From positions 1 to 35,616 of the IMG/VR virus record IMGVR_UViG_3300014031_000004: a DNA stretch of 35,616 nt, one strand, 5' to 3'. The notes below the pieces were generated by a model. That model searched no databases. It had not been told where the DNA came from and worked only from the letters and a program-made list of their open reading frames with translations. The DNA is from a virus (lineage: Duplodnaviria; Caudoviricetes). Shown here piece by piece: positions 35,090 through 35,616 of this stretch; position 1 is the first letter of the stretch; each line of letters starts with the position of its first letter. A program made the translations under genes and the position numbers.

Positions 35090-35512
35090 ATGCAGACCTT
35101 CCTACCGTATGAGTCATTCGAGAAGTCTGCCGAAGTTCTGGACAACAAGAGGTTGGGAAAGCAGAGAGTAGAATGCCTCCAGATACTTCAGGTTCTCAAG
35201 AAAGGAGATAAAGCTAAGGGGTGGAAGAATCATCCAGCAGTCAAGATGTGGAAGGGTCATGAGACTTGGCTTATTTCATATGGTGTCTCAATATGCGATG
35301 AATGGATTCAGAGGGGATTCAAAGATTCTTGCAGAGTCAAGATAGAGAATCTAGTCAATTACTCTAAAATCTCTTCTTATCCACCTTGGCTAGGAAATAG
35401 AAAGTTCCACACGTCTCACAAGTCTAACCTACTGAGGAAAGACATTACTCATTATTCAAAGTTCTTCAAATGCAAGGAAGATTACCCATATGTCTGGCCG
35501 ACTAACAACTAA
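35090..35512 (+). CDS. Pyrimidine-dimer DNA glycosylase-like protein (MSMEG_6728 family)
   Basis: MQTFLPY, LD.KRLGKQRVE..QI, GW.NHPA..MW.G, PPWLG, SH.SNLLRKD, YVWP. Confidence 0.85.
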   Translation: MQTFLPYESFEKSAEVLDNKRLGKQRVECLQILQVLKKGDKAKGWKNHPAVKMWKGHETWLISYGVSICDEWIQRGFKDSCRVKIENLVNYSKISSYPPWLGNRKFHTSHKSNLLRKDITHYSKFFKCKEDYPYVWPTNN

Positions 35513-35515
35513 TAA

Positions 35516-35616
35516 ATGAACAAGAAATTCTCATTGACGGCGACTACAAGATCATTATCAGGGATAACGCTTTTCCAGATAAAGGCTGAGATGAGCTTCG
35601 GCTCGGTTTCCAAGGG
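35516..35616 (+). CDS. Partial CDS, truncated by window end
   Basis: MNKKFSLT...TLFQIKA..SFG.V.KG, N-terminus typical of phage hexapeptide-repeat proteins. Confidence 0.5.
   Translation, partial: MNKKFSLTATTRSLSGITLFQIKAEMSFGSVSK

Noticed and set aside
1-35616. Integrated prophage, integrase or att sites
   Set aside because: No recombinase motifs and no host genes are seen in the window; lifestyle cannot be settled from this sequence.

Overview
Most of a tailed dsDNA phage genome (siphovirus-type, standard genetic code), lacking the portal/head genes. From left to right: a tail module with a -1 frameshift chaperone (67-10211); lysis genes including a papain-like endolysin; a small reverse-strand moron; a transglycosylase-like gene and tRNA-Gln(CUG); a long leftward operon (25156->12851); a divergent promoter region; and a rightward operon. 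The leftward operon carries recombination genes, a family B DNA polymerase and an unusual nucleotide-modification cluster: NTP pyrophosphatase fused to a dead UDG-like domain, dNMP kinase, FAD oxidoreductase, RibL-like nucleotidyltransferase, FkbM methyltransferase, a divergent ThyX and a minimal Asp-type ThyA. The rightward operon carries RNA ligase plus Pnkp, a replication initiator with an internal iteron origin and a structured leader containing a coupled uORF, terminase genes and a pyrimidine-dimer glycosylase-like gene. The best candidate for a new system is the cluster at 13765-21383, read as a probable flavin-dependent pyrimidine-modification pathway; the second is the plasmid-like translational control leader of the initiator. 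A CPR/Patescibacteria host is inferred, not shown. All family assignments come from motif recognition by eye; no searches were run.
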